Source of the DNA: Tubulanus polymorphus
Lineage: Eukaryota; Animalia; Nemertea
Assembly: GCF_964204645.1 (NCBI RefSeq)
Contig: NC_134030.1
Coordinates: forward strand, 9,699,222-9,763,221
Reading direction: 5' to 3'
DNA: 64,000 bases
Shown here: positions 1 to 11,611 of the stretch, in pieces
Numbering within the stretch: position 1 is the stretch's first letter
Layout: each line of letters opens with the position of its first letter
Program-made: the position numbers and the translations under genes
Notes under the pieces: model-generated
What the model saw: only the letters and a program-made list of their open reading frames with translations
Told to the model about the DNA's origin: nothing
Database searches by the model: none

Positions 1-403
1 ACATTAAAATTTTAGCGATAAATATACTACATGCAAGGTTGAAGATCATGTCAAATGTGACTCGGATTGCGGTTTTACGACATTCAAAAATTAGCATTAG
101 TGCACAACTGATGTTTTATTAATAGCAATCGGTATCCTTTAATAGTGAGAATCTTCACGAAAGTGTGCTATAAATGTGGAATGAATGAAATAAACTTTAT
201 AAATAATACATGTAATAAAAAACAGATTTGTAGACCGCACTATAGGCTACAAAACAGATTAACATCGCTAAAACAATGTGCTTATCCTTTACATATTTCA
301 GAAAGTCCTATCCGATATTTTTATTATTCGAAGTTTTAGGATGCCAACCCCCTTCGTCTGTTCATCCAAATGATTTTGTGTTGCAATAAATCAAGATACG
401 AAC

Positions 404-515
404 CTGCAATGGCTCTGCGTGTGGAATTCCGGGGCTCAGCGCTACGCTTAGTCCGGTAACTAGCATTATTCTGTTGGAAAGTTTTGCAATGAGACCGCTA
501 TCCGCTAACCAAGCC
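404..515 (-). CDS. P4HA: P4HA-like exon 8 (AWLADSGLIAKLSNRIMLVTGLSVALSPGIPHAEPLQ)
   Basis: Acceptor TTTGTCTTAG, donor CAG|GTTCGT; AWL...RI...TGL...AE.LQ motif. Confidence 0.92.
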
Positions 516-3500
516 CTAAGACAAAACGAGCGAATATGAATATCATGAGAAACCATCTTTTTAGACTTCGCCGAGTTCGATTAGATTCACCGATTTTGAC
601 CGATAACGACAGGACGTGTTCCTGCCCGTACAGGGGCGGATCCAGGGGGTTCGCTAGTTGCCGGTGATGCAGTAGATTTTTAAGATCTGCCTTCTCTGGA
701 CTAAAGGGTAGAACGAAATTATGAATTTACTAATTATGTAAGCTTAGTGACCCGCTGTAATTACTTCAACCAATTAGGCCCATGACCCAATCAATACATA
801 ATATCAGAAAGCATCTCGCAAAGCTAATTCTTAAGGGCTTTCAGTCAACTGCCATTTGAATCAGTGTGAACCCCTGGAACTGCTCCTGCCATGACTTAAT
901 TAGATAGAACATGTTTTGTTAACTCACGTTTGGCTGATCCTGTAGTCAACGTCGACATGTATATTAGTACCCTGGCGAACTGTGGATTGTTCAAACTGGA
1001 AAAAAACCAATGTATATTTATCAACTATTGACTCGGATTTATGCTGTAGATGCAAACCATCTACTTCTGGTGTTGATAGTGGTGGTTATCGAGCGGTATC
1101 TAACGGTTGACTAGGTAAGATCCCCCGGTAATCCCCGGCAAAAAATCCCTATTCCCCGTTGAAAATTTCCACTGGGTCCTCTAGATGGTAAGAATTCGAA
1201 TTATTTTGCGGTACGTGTGCGCGTGCGTGAGATAGAACTGGCTACATTCATTCAGAGACAGTTTTGACGAAGTTAAAACCGTTACATACGATGGCGTCAT
1301 GGGGACATTAATTTATTTTTATTTTCATTTTTCCATCTACGTATTTATCTGCGCGTTTACAAAGCCAAAATTACTTCATTAATCCTTGATACGTGTATTA
1401 ATTGATCATATTGTATTTTATTCATTGTCGACAATATCTAACGCAATATCTGTTAGTTTTCAACGCGCCAATAAACTTTCAGTTCGTTTTCTCGTTGTAC
1501 CATGCGGAGGGTATGTCTATATCACTACTAATCCGTCCAGATGTCAACAATGGATTTAGTTTTTAAAAACAACACAAAAGCTAAAGGATTTTTGTTCGCA
1601 GCCAGGGATTATACCGTTCGTAGTTGGAGCAATATGCGAGTGTATAAGCTATTGAAGAAAAATTCGATAGTTGAACTGTGTATTCACATGTGTATGTATT
1701 TTAACAAATAGACATAGACTATTGAACAAATTAGTACACATAAGAAATATACGTGCTAAACAAATCCGATAAAAAAGTTTTGAAAACATCGAGAAATTGC
1801 GCTAACGCATAACACATTATTTCGTAACTATAAGTGTTAGATCTAAGGAGGAGCTAACCATTTTAAATGGATAATGGATGCAACTGAATATGCATTCCTT
1901 ATCTTCTAACGGCGTAAAGACACAATAAATAAATTGCAAGGTGCTTCAGACAGCAGTAAGAAGCATTTCAGGCGTACGCTATTGTGTAAGAATGGACCAC
2001 AATGAGTTATAATGCATCGTCACCTGGCTGAAATAAGATCGAAAAGCGATTTATGTGTGCGCGTGCATTTTCATCGGTTCATTTTGAATAATGTTATTAC
2101 CGATTCGATAGAGTATGATATAAACTCATGTCGGCCATTTGTATGAGTAAGCACGAAAAGTAACCGAGATTTCGAAACGTTTTATGCGTCGAAAGATTTG
2201 GACTTAATGGCGCTTGAACATACGATTTGCATCTTTCAGATGCGCGTTTTAAGATAGCTATATACTTTTCGACGAAATACAAACAGGTTACAAACCTGTG
2301 GACCGGCTAGTTTCTGCACTTGCTCTATTTCTTCGTCTGATATGACATCGTGGTAGAGAAGAACTTCAGGATCTGTGGACAACCGCTCAATTTTGGCTTT
2401 GTAATACGGGATGCGCGTATCTTGGTAAAAACACCGATGTCTAGATAGCCCATTTGAAGTCTTGTATGAAATATCAAGTGTATGAGATAAAACGTATTAG
2501 ATTCAAGTGGAATATGAAATTAAGTCGTTGAAAAGTGCTTGTGACACATTTTCTTTAACATGCCCTTATACGTAAGAGGCACTTATCCATGCGCTTGATT
2601 TTTCGGGGGAAATACATGTATTATTGATAAAATACGTACATTAAAAACGCTAGTTTTCAAAATATCATAGGTTTTATTTCATTTTTTCGGTGATCCGGAT
2701 CAATGGCCACCTACTATAAGTGGAACGTATTGAGAAATATTGGGAATAGTAACACCCCTATACGTAACTTTATTTGGTTCATTCCTACACAGCGATTCAT
2801 AGTGCTCTCTCCTCCTGTTGGCCTGAATTCCGAATGTTGCTGACATATTGAACTTTTCCTTCAATTCACTCTTCTTTTCTTTCAATTTCTGTAGCATCCG
2901 AGGACTATTTTCGCCAGCTGTTATATACACACATCAGTATTATATAGACAGTAGGCAAATCTTCGAAACTCGATGCGATTAAGATTAGAATGGGGAACCC
3001 GCAACACCAGCTATGCCACGAGATGCAGTAGCGTTGTCAAAATTAGTTCATGTTCAATTTGAACTGACTCCCGAATCCATATATTATCACAGCACCCACC
3101 AAATATACAATAAATTCACCTGTTGGATCCTCGCCTGCCATAAGTGGAATCCTCAATTGCCACAGTAGCGGTGCGGGTACCCCATTAAGAAAGCTGTTCT
3201 TACCCAGGGCTCGATCTAAAATTTCAAGCGCCTTTTCGAGACCACCATACTACAATTCAAGGTAGGAAAATTTATCCAAAATATATGAATCCAATAATCA
3301 ATATCCATTTGATCTAGTCAGTTTCGAATTGCAAGATACTTCTCAAACAAGTTTAAGACCCACTATATACGAACTTGAAAAGATTAAAAGTGGATTTTAT
3401 CCATCAAAAATTAATATCAATAAACACGATGTCTCGAACTCTCGCTAGCGGTCATCGACAGCTACTAACTTGTTCTCCCTTGAACATATACCCCTCGTTT

Positions 3501-5611
3501 CTTTAGTTATTCCCTCACACCTGGCGATGATCCCTAGCGAGAGTTCGAGAATTGTCTTGAAAAGTCTTCAAGAAATTACAAAACCCTTCCAAGGATTCGG
3601 TCTAGAAAAAAACGAAAGCGTAAAAAAAAACAATTTCCAAATACGCTTGGAGTCAATATTTCAATACCTGATCGTATGCATCGGCAACTGCTGCGAAAAT
3701 ACGCGTGTTGCCTATTGAGGATTCTTCACCATTTTCGAGCATTTCCAACAATTCGCCATACCACGTCAAACCAACCGAATACATTTGCAAGTCAATAGCC
3801 TTCGTACCGATGGCAAAAACGTCATCGGCGTCCAATGGATCGGCTTCTGCCGGCGTCAAACTGTCGGTAACCAAGTGTCCAGCGATTAGTTGCTTGATAG
3901 GGATGTCGTACGCTCGTCGGAGACGAATCAACGTGGCTATGGTGAAGGATATGTCACCGTCTGTGACGTTGGCCACCGATAAGCGGTCCCGGGCTAATTC
4001 CGTGAAATCTGTAATAATTAAGACCCGGTTAAAATGGAATGAATCCCCATAAAAACAGCAGGCAAAAATTTGAAACATTGAACGCGCAGTCATCGATGGT
4101 ATCGTTTTTATAAAACGGTTAGTGTAGGTCATACGTGGGGAGAATGTGCTCATCGTTTACAAGAATAAAGCGTTTAAGAGTTCGAACAAATTTTGCGATC
4201 AAAGGAATTACCTAACATAGCCTGGCTTGAATCTATTCTCGGATATCTTGTCAATGATTCTACGTAATGAGGCCAGTATTTCCCTAGTCGTACTGCACTG
4301 TGGTAAAGTTGTATCGGATTATCGGTAAGATGATCCCCGGTCGCTATCCGTGATGTTTCGATCGATTCATGAAATCTGAAAGAGGACCAGAGGATTTTTG
4401 CTGCTGCTTCGTACTATCACGCGCCTCGTGGTTTAAGATTTAGTTTAAAATGTGACGTATATACATTGAAGAATCATTTAAAAATGTTGTTTTTGTCCAA
4501 CAAGATACGCGTATTACGCAGAGACCACTTAGAGCAACTTAACCCTAACGAATAGATCTGTACAGGGACTGCATAAAAAGATCTACGGTGATTTTGTGCA
4601 AATCTTAAACAGAGTAATGTTCAGGGCCGGGTGATCTTTTGAGCTCAGCAGAAATGAGAAACAAGGTATCAATTCTTTAGGCTAAATTTTACGAATGGAT
4701 GACGCCTTCGTATCGATAACTGATAGGGTGACAAAAATGTTTCCTGATAAATAAATAGTTCTGTAAGTAGAAATAATCCATCACAAAAACAAAACTCCAT
4801 CGAAATATTTTCCTATAACTAAGGATACCTTGTTGACTAAGGCTAGGAAAATTCTCTTAATCGGCCTGGTCACACTTAAGAAAACTGCAATAAAATCTGT
4901 AATCAGTTCATCTCTATAACTGGTCTGTTATTGTTACTCGACTACGATTTTAAAAAAGAGCAAGGTAGAGGGCTGGGCCATCTATCGAGCTCAGCGGAAA
5001 TGAGAAACAAAATATATCAATTCTTGAGATTAGATTATCTTTTCTGTGATAACGAATGGATGACGCCTTCGTATAGTGGCTACTAGGTAATGCACTAAGG
5101 GTATTGTCGATCTCGCTTCCCCAAAAAATATGGTTCGGGAGAAAATGACCCACGAGTTAACGAAGCATCAATTCTTTAACCTAAATCATCTTTTCTGTTA
5201 TATGGATGACGCCTTCGTATCGTGACTCTACGGATGTAGTCAATCTCTCCCCGAAAAATATGGTTCGGGAGAAAATGACACGATATATTTACATATGGAA
5301 GTACGTATCCCGTGAGTTATTGATATCCGATCATATTTGATTATTCGAATTAAATCTTCATGTCTAATATTTCTATCCCGTTTATGAATCTTGTTTCCTC
5401 ACCTGTTAAAATCTCGTAGAGTCGGCGAAGTCATCGCGTCCAAATCCGCGTTGTCCAACATTTCCCTGGCCGCTAAAATCAATTCGTTTTCGATATCTAC
5501 GAATATTCGAGCTCCGTTGGGCGTCGAAAAATTACTGATAAGTGCCCGGACATTGAACGCGCTGAAGTAAATCACTAAGTTGACCACTAGAATATTCGGG
5601 GCCGGAAGCAT
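404..5611 (-). CDS. P4HA: Collagen prolyl 4-hydroxylase alpha subunit-like gene, 5' part (exons 5611-5403, 4375-4212, 4008-3668, 3249-3204, 2917-2769, 2460-2296, 995-928, 515-404); continues beyond window start
   Basis: Eight GT-AG exons splice in frame by hand. The product has a signal peptide, DNPIQLYHSAVRLGKYW (cf. NPINAF..KRL..DW), YESLCR, RCFY, KIERLSTDPEVLLYHDVISDEEI, YRISQTAWL and AEPLQ, all P4HA-family motifs in the expected order. The symbol is family-level only. Confidence 0.93.
631..888. mobile_element. GC-rich-TIR MITE in P4HA intron 7
   Basis: CAGGGGCGGATCCAGGGGGTTC ... GAACCCCTGGAACTGCTCCTG. Confidence 0.6.
928..995 (-). CDS. P4HA: P4HA-like exon 7 (FEQSTVRQGTNIHVDVDYRISQT)
   Basis: Acceptor TTTTTTTCCAG, donor AC|GTGAGT; TV...YRIS motif. 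Confidence 0.92.
1380..1496 (+). mobile_element. 3' fragment of the same HINE-like family in P4HA intron 6
   Basis: TTCATTGTCGACAATAT ... CCAATAAACTTTCAGTTCGTTTTCTCGTT. Confidence 0.5.
2296..2460 (-). CDS. P4HA: P4HA-like exon 6 (TSNGLSRHRCFYQDTRIPYYKAKIERLSTDPEVLLYHDVISDEEIEQVQKLAGPQ)
   Basis: Highly conserved K.E....DP....YHDVIS..EI motif; donor CAG|GTTTGT. Confidence 0.92.
2769..2917 (-). CDS. P4HA: P4HA-like exon 5 (AGENSPRM...HYESLCRNEPNK)
   Basis: Acceptor ATAACAG; YESLCR motif; the donor position is ambiguous (2769 or 2764). Confidence 0.85.
2989..3186. mobile_element. MITE family A in P4HA intron 4
   Basis: TIR AATGGGGAACCCGCA / TGCGGGTACCCCATT; internal GGATCCTCGCCTGCCA..GTGGAATCCTC..TTGCCACAGTAG recurs elsewhere in the window. 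Confidence 0.7.
3204..3249 (-). CDS. P4HA: P4HA-like exon 4 (YGGLEKALEILDRAL)
   Basis: Acceptor TTGTAG, donor G|GTAAGA; 46 nt, phase 0 to 1; TPR-like helix. Confidence 0.85.
3432..3550. mobile_element. MITE-like inverted repeat in P4HA intron 3
   Basis: 30-bp arms TCTCGAACTCTCGCTAGCGGTCATCGACAG / CTGGCGATGATCCCTAGCGAGAGTTCGAGA with 3 mismatches. Confidence 0.7.
3668..4008 (-). CDS. P4HA: P4HA-like exon 3 (DFTELARD...LIRLRRAYDI...LDADDVFAIG...AYDQ)
   Basis: Lies within ORF 3653-4153; acceptor TTACAG, donor CAG|GTATTG; motifs match L.RLQ.TY and L...DCF.LG of P4HA. Confidence 0.9.
4212..4375 (-). CDS. P4HA: P4HA-like exon 2 (FHESIETSRIATGDHLTDNPIQLYHSAVRLGKYWPHYVESLTRYPRIDSSQAML)
   Basis: Acceptor CCTCTTTCAG, donor G|GTAATT. 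The 164 nt exon (phase 2 to 1) bridges exons 1 and 3 exactly; it is absent from the ORF track. Confidence 0.88.
4641..5280. repeat. Degenerate local duplications in P4HA intron 1
   Basis: TGGATGACGCCTTCGTAT occurs three times (about 4696, 5057, 5203); AAAAATATGGTTCGGGAGAAAATGAC twice; GCTCAGC.GAAATGAGAAACAA twice. Confidence 0.7.
5403..5611 (-). CDS. P4HA: P4HA-like exon 1 (signal peptide, MLPAPNILVVNLVIYFSAFNVRA...DFN)
   Basis: ATG at 5611, hydrophobic leader, SNFST...E.EL N-terminal motif, donor AG|GTGAGG, phase 2. Confidence 0.85.
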
Positions 5612-6556
5612 TTTCCACCGGCAATATCGTCTCAAAACGAATGATAATAATCCCGAATAGAAATACCGTTGTAATACTGATTCAAATATTTGTTCGATTG
5701 TTAATATCAGAATAAAGGTTTGACGTTTGCAATCGGTAATGTTGGCCGAGGTAAAGAGATAGCCGAGATAAAGTATTGCCGAGAAGCTCTTCGCGTGATT
5801 CAAGATTTACGACTCGCATCTGAACACGCATTTATTTGAACTGAACAAAGACTGTGCGACAGGTTTCCTTAAACGGATATGTAAACGGATATGCGGTTAG
5901 GGATATACGCCGAATAAGACAAAAGTCAGGCAACGTAGATTTTTTCAAATGATACTACGAAGTCTTTTTTAACCATCAGCTAATATTAAGAATCTCGAAT
6001 GAGCCGGAACCGAATTTTTCCAATTATCTACTTCGATTTATACAAAAGATTCTGTAAACTCGACCGCCGATCACATTCTGTACTTCGATTTCCAATTTCA
6101 AAATAAAACTCCCCGTTACGCTCTCGGCAGGTGTGGTGGGTTTGTAAGGGACAACAAATCAAAAAAAAAAATTCAAACGAAATCTACTAATGAAATTAAT
6201 AAAAGGGGCAGGGGCAATCCCTGTTTTAAGATCAAATATTTAGAATCTCAGCTATAGAGATTTATCAAATGATATGTGAATTACAGGTCAGATTGTGCAA
6301 CAGAATATCGACCATTTTATTTCATTGTCCACAGAAATTTTTGATTACATTGGTCGAATAGTTTCCGCTCAGTTACAAAATTCTTTCGCCATCGAAAAAT
6401 CGAGTACTCTAATTGATAGACAATTGTGCATTCAAGCACGAAGTTTAATAAATCCTTATAACTGAGACCTTCTTCTTTCGAATGCTATCTTACCGTTTTT
6501 GTTCATCTTAATTATCTCAAATTTGATTATGCGGGGAGTTTGTATGTTCGGACTAC

Positions 6557-6901
6557 CTCGAATATCCTCGCTTGCCAGGGTTTGATTACCTATGCCGGAG
6601 CCCACGCCAACACAAACTCTGGCCGCGAACCCTTCATTATTACACCGCCCAAGATTTCTTGGACAGACGAGGAGTCGCTCAGTGGCCACCAATCTCTGTA
6701 TTCAGCCAATAAGACGCGTTATTTTTCATCGGATGATCTGCTCTATCAATACCACGCATCTGATTAGCTAGATACATAGACTGGTACCCGCTGAGCGGCA
6801 ACCTGTCCGCCCGATAAATCTTGGGAGCATTAACAGACATTAACAGATTGCGAGCATCGGCGGGCGGCAAATAACTTCTGGCAAGCAAGGATGACCTCGA
6901 T
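6557..6901. mobile_element. Old foldback element (long imperfect inverted repeat)
   Basis: ATCCTCGCTTGCCAG / CTGGCAAGCAAGGAT ends; inner arms about 6645-6715 versus 6760-6830. Confidence 0.6.
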
Positions 6902-7035
6902 GCGATCAACTTTTGTTTATTTGAAAAGAACCTTGTCTTACAATCGTTTTATTAATCGTAAAATCGGGGTCCGTTTCATCCTTTAAGGGGTAGTGGGACA
7001 AATTACCTTTCTTTATACACCAAAGAGCAAAACAC

Positions 7036-7115
7036 CTGGGGCCAGTTGCTCACAATTAGTTAGAGTTGACCAGTGGCCGGTTGTATTTAACCAACCGTTG
7101 ATAAACTGGCCCCAG
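7036..7115. mobile_element. PIF/Harbinger-like MITE
   Basis: CTG-GGGCCAGTT ... AACTGGCCC-CAG termini. Confidence 0.65.
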
Positions 7116-7659
7116 AAAGTGAACGAAAGTATATAACACGTATTTAGCGTAAAGAGATCTCAGCAATGATTCTTTTTTATTATTGCAAGGAAATATTACA
7201 TAATTCAACGGTTATCAAACTGTACAGTTTTATACATATAATATATGTGTACGGAGAAGAATATAGTCACGCCATGTTTTCGATTAGTAGAATGGCACAT
7301 GAAATACAGACCAATACATACATAGATTTGTGTACATCATCAAAATAGAAATTTTCAGCTTGTGTTCTAGATACTCAGAGTGCTTGATATTGTTTTTGTT
7401 TTTGCTTGAAAAAATACATACTCTTTGGCAATTTAGCAAACGCGTGAAGAACAGCGACCAGTGAGCCACGCAGGAAAGTATTTGATAAATGTAAAATAGT
7501 TTCGCAATCGCAATAAATGACCCGTATTATTTATAGATAATAATGGTAACAATAATAATGTTTATCTTTGAATGTCGTTATTCCCTTAACAGACTCATAA
7601 CGCTATACAATGAGAGGGAATGACACGGAAGATCGACCTATCGATACGTAACAACCAAA

Positions 7660-7771
7660 GAGACCAGTTGCTGAAAGGTTGGTTATCCAGCAGATAAATA
7701 CTATAGTAGCAATGAAGTCACTGTCACCTCTCCGCTGCTTTACTCTAACCAACTTTTCAGCAACTGGTTCC
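7660..7771. mobile_element. MITE related to 7036-7115
   Basis: ACCAGTTGCTGAAAGGTTGGTTA ... TAACCAACTTTTCAGCAACTGGT inverted repeat. Confidence 0.6.
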
Positions 7772-9359
7772 AAATGTCTATACAAATGCATAAATAAATT
7801 AAGGACAACAAAAATATCCAAGTCGTTTAACTAAACGTGTGATTAGATGCCTTTTGATTTCGGTAATTGTTTCCAAAATACCCCGAATGACTAAGTTTCA
7901 TGAAACGTTAAATGTCGAAATGCTTAGCAAATTTACACAGACAAATATCATTCACGAAGAATTTCAGAACCTTGAGCGTCAGATATTAGGCAGTTTCAGA
8001 GAAGTGAATGGACAAAATATCATGTATAATATCAAGGCAACTGAGATCTATTGGGGCCGGACAGGCAAGAAAATGGGAGTTTCTGTTCTCGAGACGTTCG
8101 TAATGGCGTATGCATTTTGAATATATCATAATAAAACATTACTATACGATCATGGCAATTTCTGAAGGCGTCCAAAACGAACATTTTGAAATTTCAGCAT
8201 CGTTATTTTCATTTAGCTGGGAAATACATTTCCACGTGCAATATTAATTCAAAAATGTCAACATCGTAAGTAAACTTTTTCAATCGGGGGATTACAACGC
8301 ACCTGAAGGTCACACACGAACCAAAAAGTGCGTGGCACACGCAATCAAAGTCACCCCGTGTGCCAATCAAAGTCACCCCGATTTTCTTTCATCGCGTGTT
8401 GCCGTTCGGCAAAATATCTATATCGTAGTTGATGCTTTTTGCCGCAGCGCTTAGTTCGCTCACAAGGATGCGGCAAACATCTTTGCCGATGCGTGAGCGT
8501 TTTTCCTCGAAAACTGATGATAGTGGCTATTAGAAAGCACCTTCGGAAAAGAAAATCGTTCATTTGATAAAAATGGGTATGATTTTGCGATTTGAGCACG
8601 CAACTTTTGCTCGTGTGCGGAGGGCGCGGCATCTATTGTTCTTTGTTACAGCAGCAACAAGCGTGTTATTCTTTTCGTTGTACCAAGCTATCGATTAAGC
8701 TCGGATGCAAGGTTGTAAAAAAAGCAGTCGAATTTTCCAGGATTAAGTGGGTCGGCTATCATTCATTGGGTTTGGATCTATTGGATATCGAACACCTTTT
8801 TTGAAAATACGTTCAGAAAAAGTTCGGTATACGATGATTAAAAAATGGCATCCAAATTGCCAGAAATAACATCGTCGCAATAATAGGATCTGCGAAATCA
8901 CAAAGTATGGCGTCGTCGATAAATTCAAACTGGTGCGCGACCGTTAGATATCGCGCGACAAATCCGTAAAATGTCATTTCTGAAAAGAACTTTCCTGCGA
9001 CAGGTCGATATGCTTTTATTCGAATAATTTCTCAAGTACGAGATTACGATTCATGCAATTCTATATTTTTGAAGTTGGGTTGTATAATCGAGAGATCTGA
9101 TTATTCGTCCAGTCGTCATTCGTCCAATCGATTCTTTTTTCGACGAGACGGATAGTACTTTATAGGTTAACTAGTTTATAAAGTCTATAAAGTACTATTC
9201 GTCTCGTTGTTTTTATTCTACACCAGGTTAACACACGGCTCCTCCGCGAATCTTTTAGTAAGTCAATCCGCCAGGTGGTAGTGTTGGTCAAGACCGCGCG
9301 AGTCTTCCCCATCTTGATATGCTCCAGCGCCGAGACGCCGGCGCAGAAAGGAATATTCT

Positions 9360-10529
9360 CTATCGAAACGTTTTGCTAAACCCACCATTTGTGGCGCTTA
9401 GTTTTCTGAAGCCGTTGCTCATCGTTGACGCTCGCAACGAGAACGACACTTTTCCGCAACGGGACTCGTGTATCTGAATACTATCCTTAGCGCAATGGCG
9501 ACAGAACAGCGTCACGAACTGTTTCCTGAACAACGTATTGAATATGAAATACAGAATGAAATTCACAGCCGAATTGACGAGAAGCAACAGGTCGGTAAAC
9601 TCGCGTATTCCGCGTATCAGATAGTCCTCTTCGTAGTAGCCGAAGCCGAAGAATGTCGACATGATGGCGTCCGGAGTGACGCAGATAAGGAACACGACGA
9701 TAACGCAGACGAGCATGATAGTGATACGGTGGCGCGAGAACACGGTCCGGTTTGCGCGCGTCCGGCGCACGGCGTAAATGATTAAGAAGTTTAGAATACA
9801 AAGTACGACGAGCGGTATGATAGAACGAAGTAGGTTCTGTATCCAAGTGTAAATAGTGCTGAATTGGTAATTTTGCCATAAAGTCGTCACGTTCAATTCG
9901 ACCTCGTGGGCGGTGACGCTGTTATTGTTGTTCGGCATCGTGCAGTTCTTCACCGTGTGAACGGTCTCGTAACGTAAAGCAAACGGAATGCACAGCACCG
10001 ACATACTGACGTACACTATCACCGTGTTAATCCGCGCGCGACTCAACGTGCACAGTCGTTTAGCGTGCGCCGGATGGCACACAAGGATGTAGCGTTCGAT
10101 GGCGACCGACACGGTCAGCCAGGCCGTCACGCACGCGGTCGTATTGAACACGTAATGCGCGTACGGATACAAGTACGCGTACCCTATTTTCCCGTTGACC
10201 GAATTAATCCTTAACGTCAAAATCACGGCGAAATAGCACAAATCGGCGAGCAATTTGATCGTGTCCGAAACGGCTAACGCCAGCAGATAGACGTTCGTTG
10301 AGTTGAGCAACTTACCCCGACTTATCACTAGGATACTTATCACATTGCCGGTAATCCCGAAAAAGCAGATTATCGGATAGCAGACTAATCCGGTTATGAA
10401 TTGCGCAGTGGCGTAGAACTCTTGGTGAGGGTGGCCTCCACCTTCGGTTAGAAGACGCATCGTTCCGGTCGTGGAGTTTCCTAAGTTACCATCGGGTACC
10501 AAGGCGTCTGCAAATGTAGAAGATGTCAT
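9360..10529 (-). CDS. Rhodopsin-class (class A) GPCR, FMRFamide/myosuppressin/sex-peptide-receptor-like orphan, 389 aa, single coding exon
   Basis: Seven hydrophobic segments with GN (TM1), LALAVSD (TM2), ERY..VCHP (TM3), FLICVTP (TM6) and NSAVNFILY (TM7), plus helix 8 FRKQF and N-glycosylation sequons. Confidence 0.95.
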   Translation of the reverse strand: MTSSTFADALVPDGNLGNSTTGTMRLLTEGGGHPHQEFYATAQFITGLVCYPIICFFGITGNVISILVISRGKLLNSTNVYLLALAVSDTIKLLADLCYFAVILTLRINSVNGKIGYAYLYPYAHYVFNTTACVTAWLTVSVAIERYILVCHPAHAKRLCTLSRARINTVIVYVSMSVLCIPFALRYETVHTVKNCTMPNNNNSVTAHEVELNVTTLWQNYQFSTIYTWIQNLLRSIIPLVVLCILNFLIIYAVRRTRANRTVFSRHRITIMLVCVIVVFLICVTPDAIMSTFFGFGYYEEDYLIRGIREFTDLLLLVNSAVNFILYFIFNTLFRKQFVTLFCRHCAKDSIQIHESRCGKVSFSLRASTMSNGFRKLSATNGGFSKTFR

Positions 10530-10566
10530 CGTGATAAAGAATTACCGAAATTAATTTAAATACGTT

Positions 10567-10585
10567 TCTGGTGAAGTAAGACCCT
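10567..10585 (-). other. Putative 3' splice acceptor of a 5'-UTR intron of the minus-strand GPCR
   Basis: CTTACTTCACCAG lies 38 nt upstream of the ATG, with an in-frame TAA between them. Confidence 0.45.
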
Positions 10586-11611
10586 TAAAACTAATATATG
10601 TCATGAGGCTAAGTATAAAACCTGACAGGAAATGTTTGGTATACGAAGTTTGGACATCGGGTACTAATGCGTACCTCAAATCTAGAGGTCAAATTATGGT
10701 CACGAACATAAGTTTGTTTACGTGAACCAGTTTGCTTATCATCCGAATACAATTGTTATTTATATCAAAGATTGCTAGCGCTTGCTGCGAATAGCAGCGC
10801 ATTTAAACGACTGTAAGACAACACTTGAGTATGCTAATACAGTTTGAGCAACCGGATTTGACTAGTTCGCCATCTAGCGGAAATTTAGGTTAGTAGGTCA
10901 TGTCACCTATCGGGTAGCTGCGCCCGAATCTATCGGATAACATCGACATCGCCCAATTTGGTAACGACGGTGAAAGATACGAGGACACTGTCGGCGTCGT
11001 CGCGTACCACATTTTCGGCGTAGACGTTTTTCGTTAACGCGGTTTTCATTAATCGTACGGGCACATAAACCGATATTCTAGGGCCACGGCATATAAAGAA
11101 AAAGATTCATTTATTCGCAAATGGGATTATTCGACTGAATACACATGTAAATATTCGCCGAGCAATTTGTTTTTCCCGATTTGAATACATAAACCCCCTT
11201 TTAACTTGATCTCATATATCATTATCGGCAGAGAGAGAGCAATACAACGTCGCCGCGTGCCTAGCTGTTAAATGCTTCTAATACATCTCATCGCTCATAT
11301 TAATCCACCTTCCGAGCTTTTATTGAGATGGGGTATTTTATGCGGTGTCCGAGATGCTGGTCAGGAATGCAAACATCAGCAATATAGCGGCGTTAATAAA
11401 AGATCAAGTATACATATATTATATGAGACCATTGCCGTTAGGTATAAATCAGTGATCGCGTGAGTGCTTCGCATGTGTCCGAATATATCTATGGTCTTGA
11501 TATCGATGTCGGCCATCTTGGCCTCTCTTTTCGCTGCATATTATACCTTGGGATATACTTACCGCCACTGATATTGATGAAGTTTCTTAGATAACTTTTT
11601 TCTAGTAACTC

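Noticed and set aside
3705-4052. 115-aa plus-strand ORF
   Set aside because: Antisense shadow of P4HA exon 3
4829-4885. Candidate extra P4HA exon (TTGCAG acceptor, AAG|GTATCC donor)
   Set aside because: Stop codon in the frame required after exon 1, and exon 1 already splices correctly to 4375
5612-5803. N-terminal extension of the 134-aa ORF
   Set aside because: Begins at a non-ATG codon; the signal peptide starts at ATG 5611
9468-9879. 105-aa and 130-aa ORFs overlapping the GPCR
   Set aside because: Shadow frames of a GC-rich coding exon with no recognisable motifs
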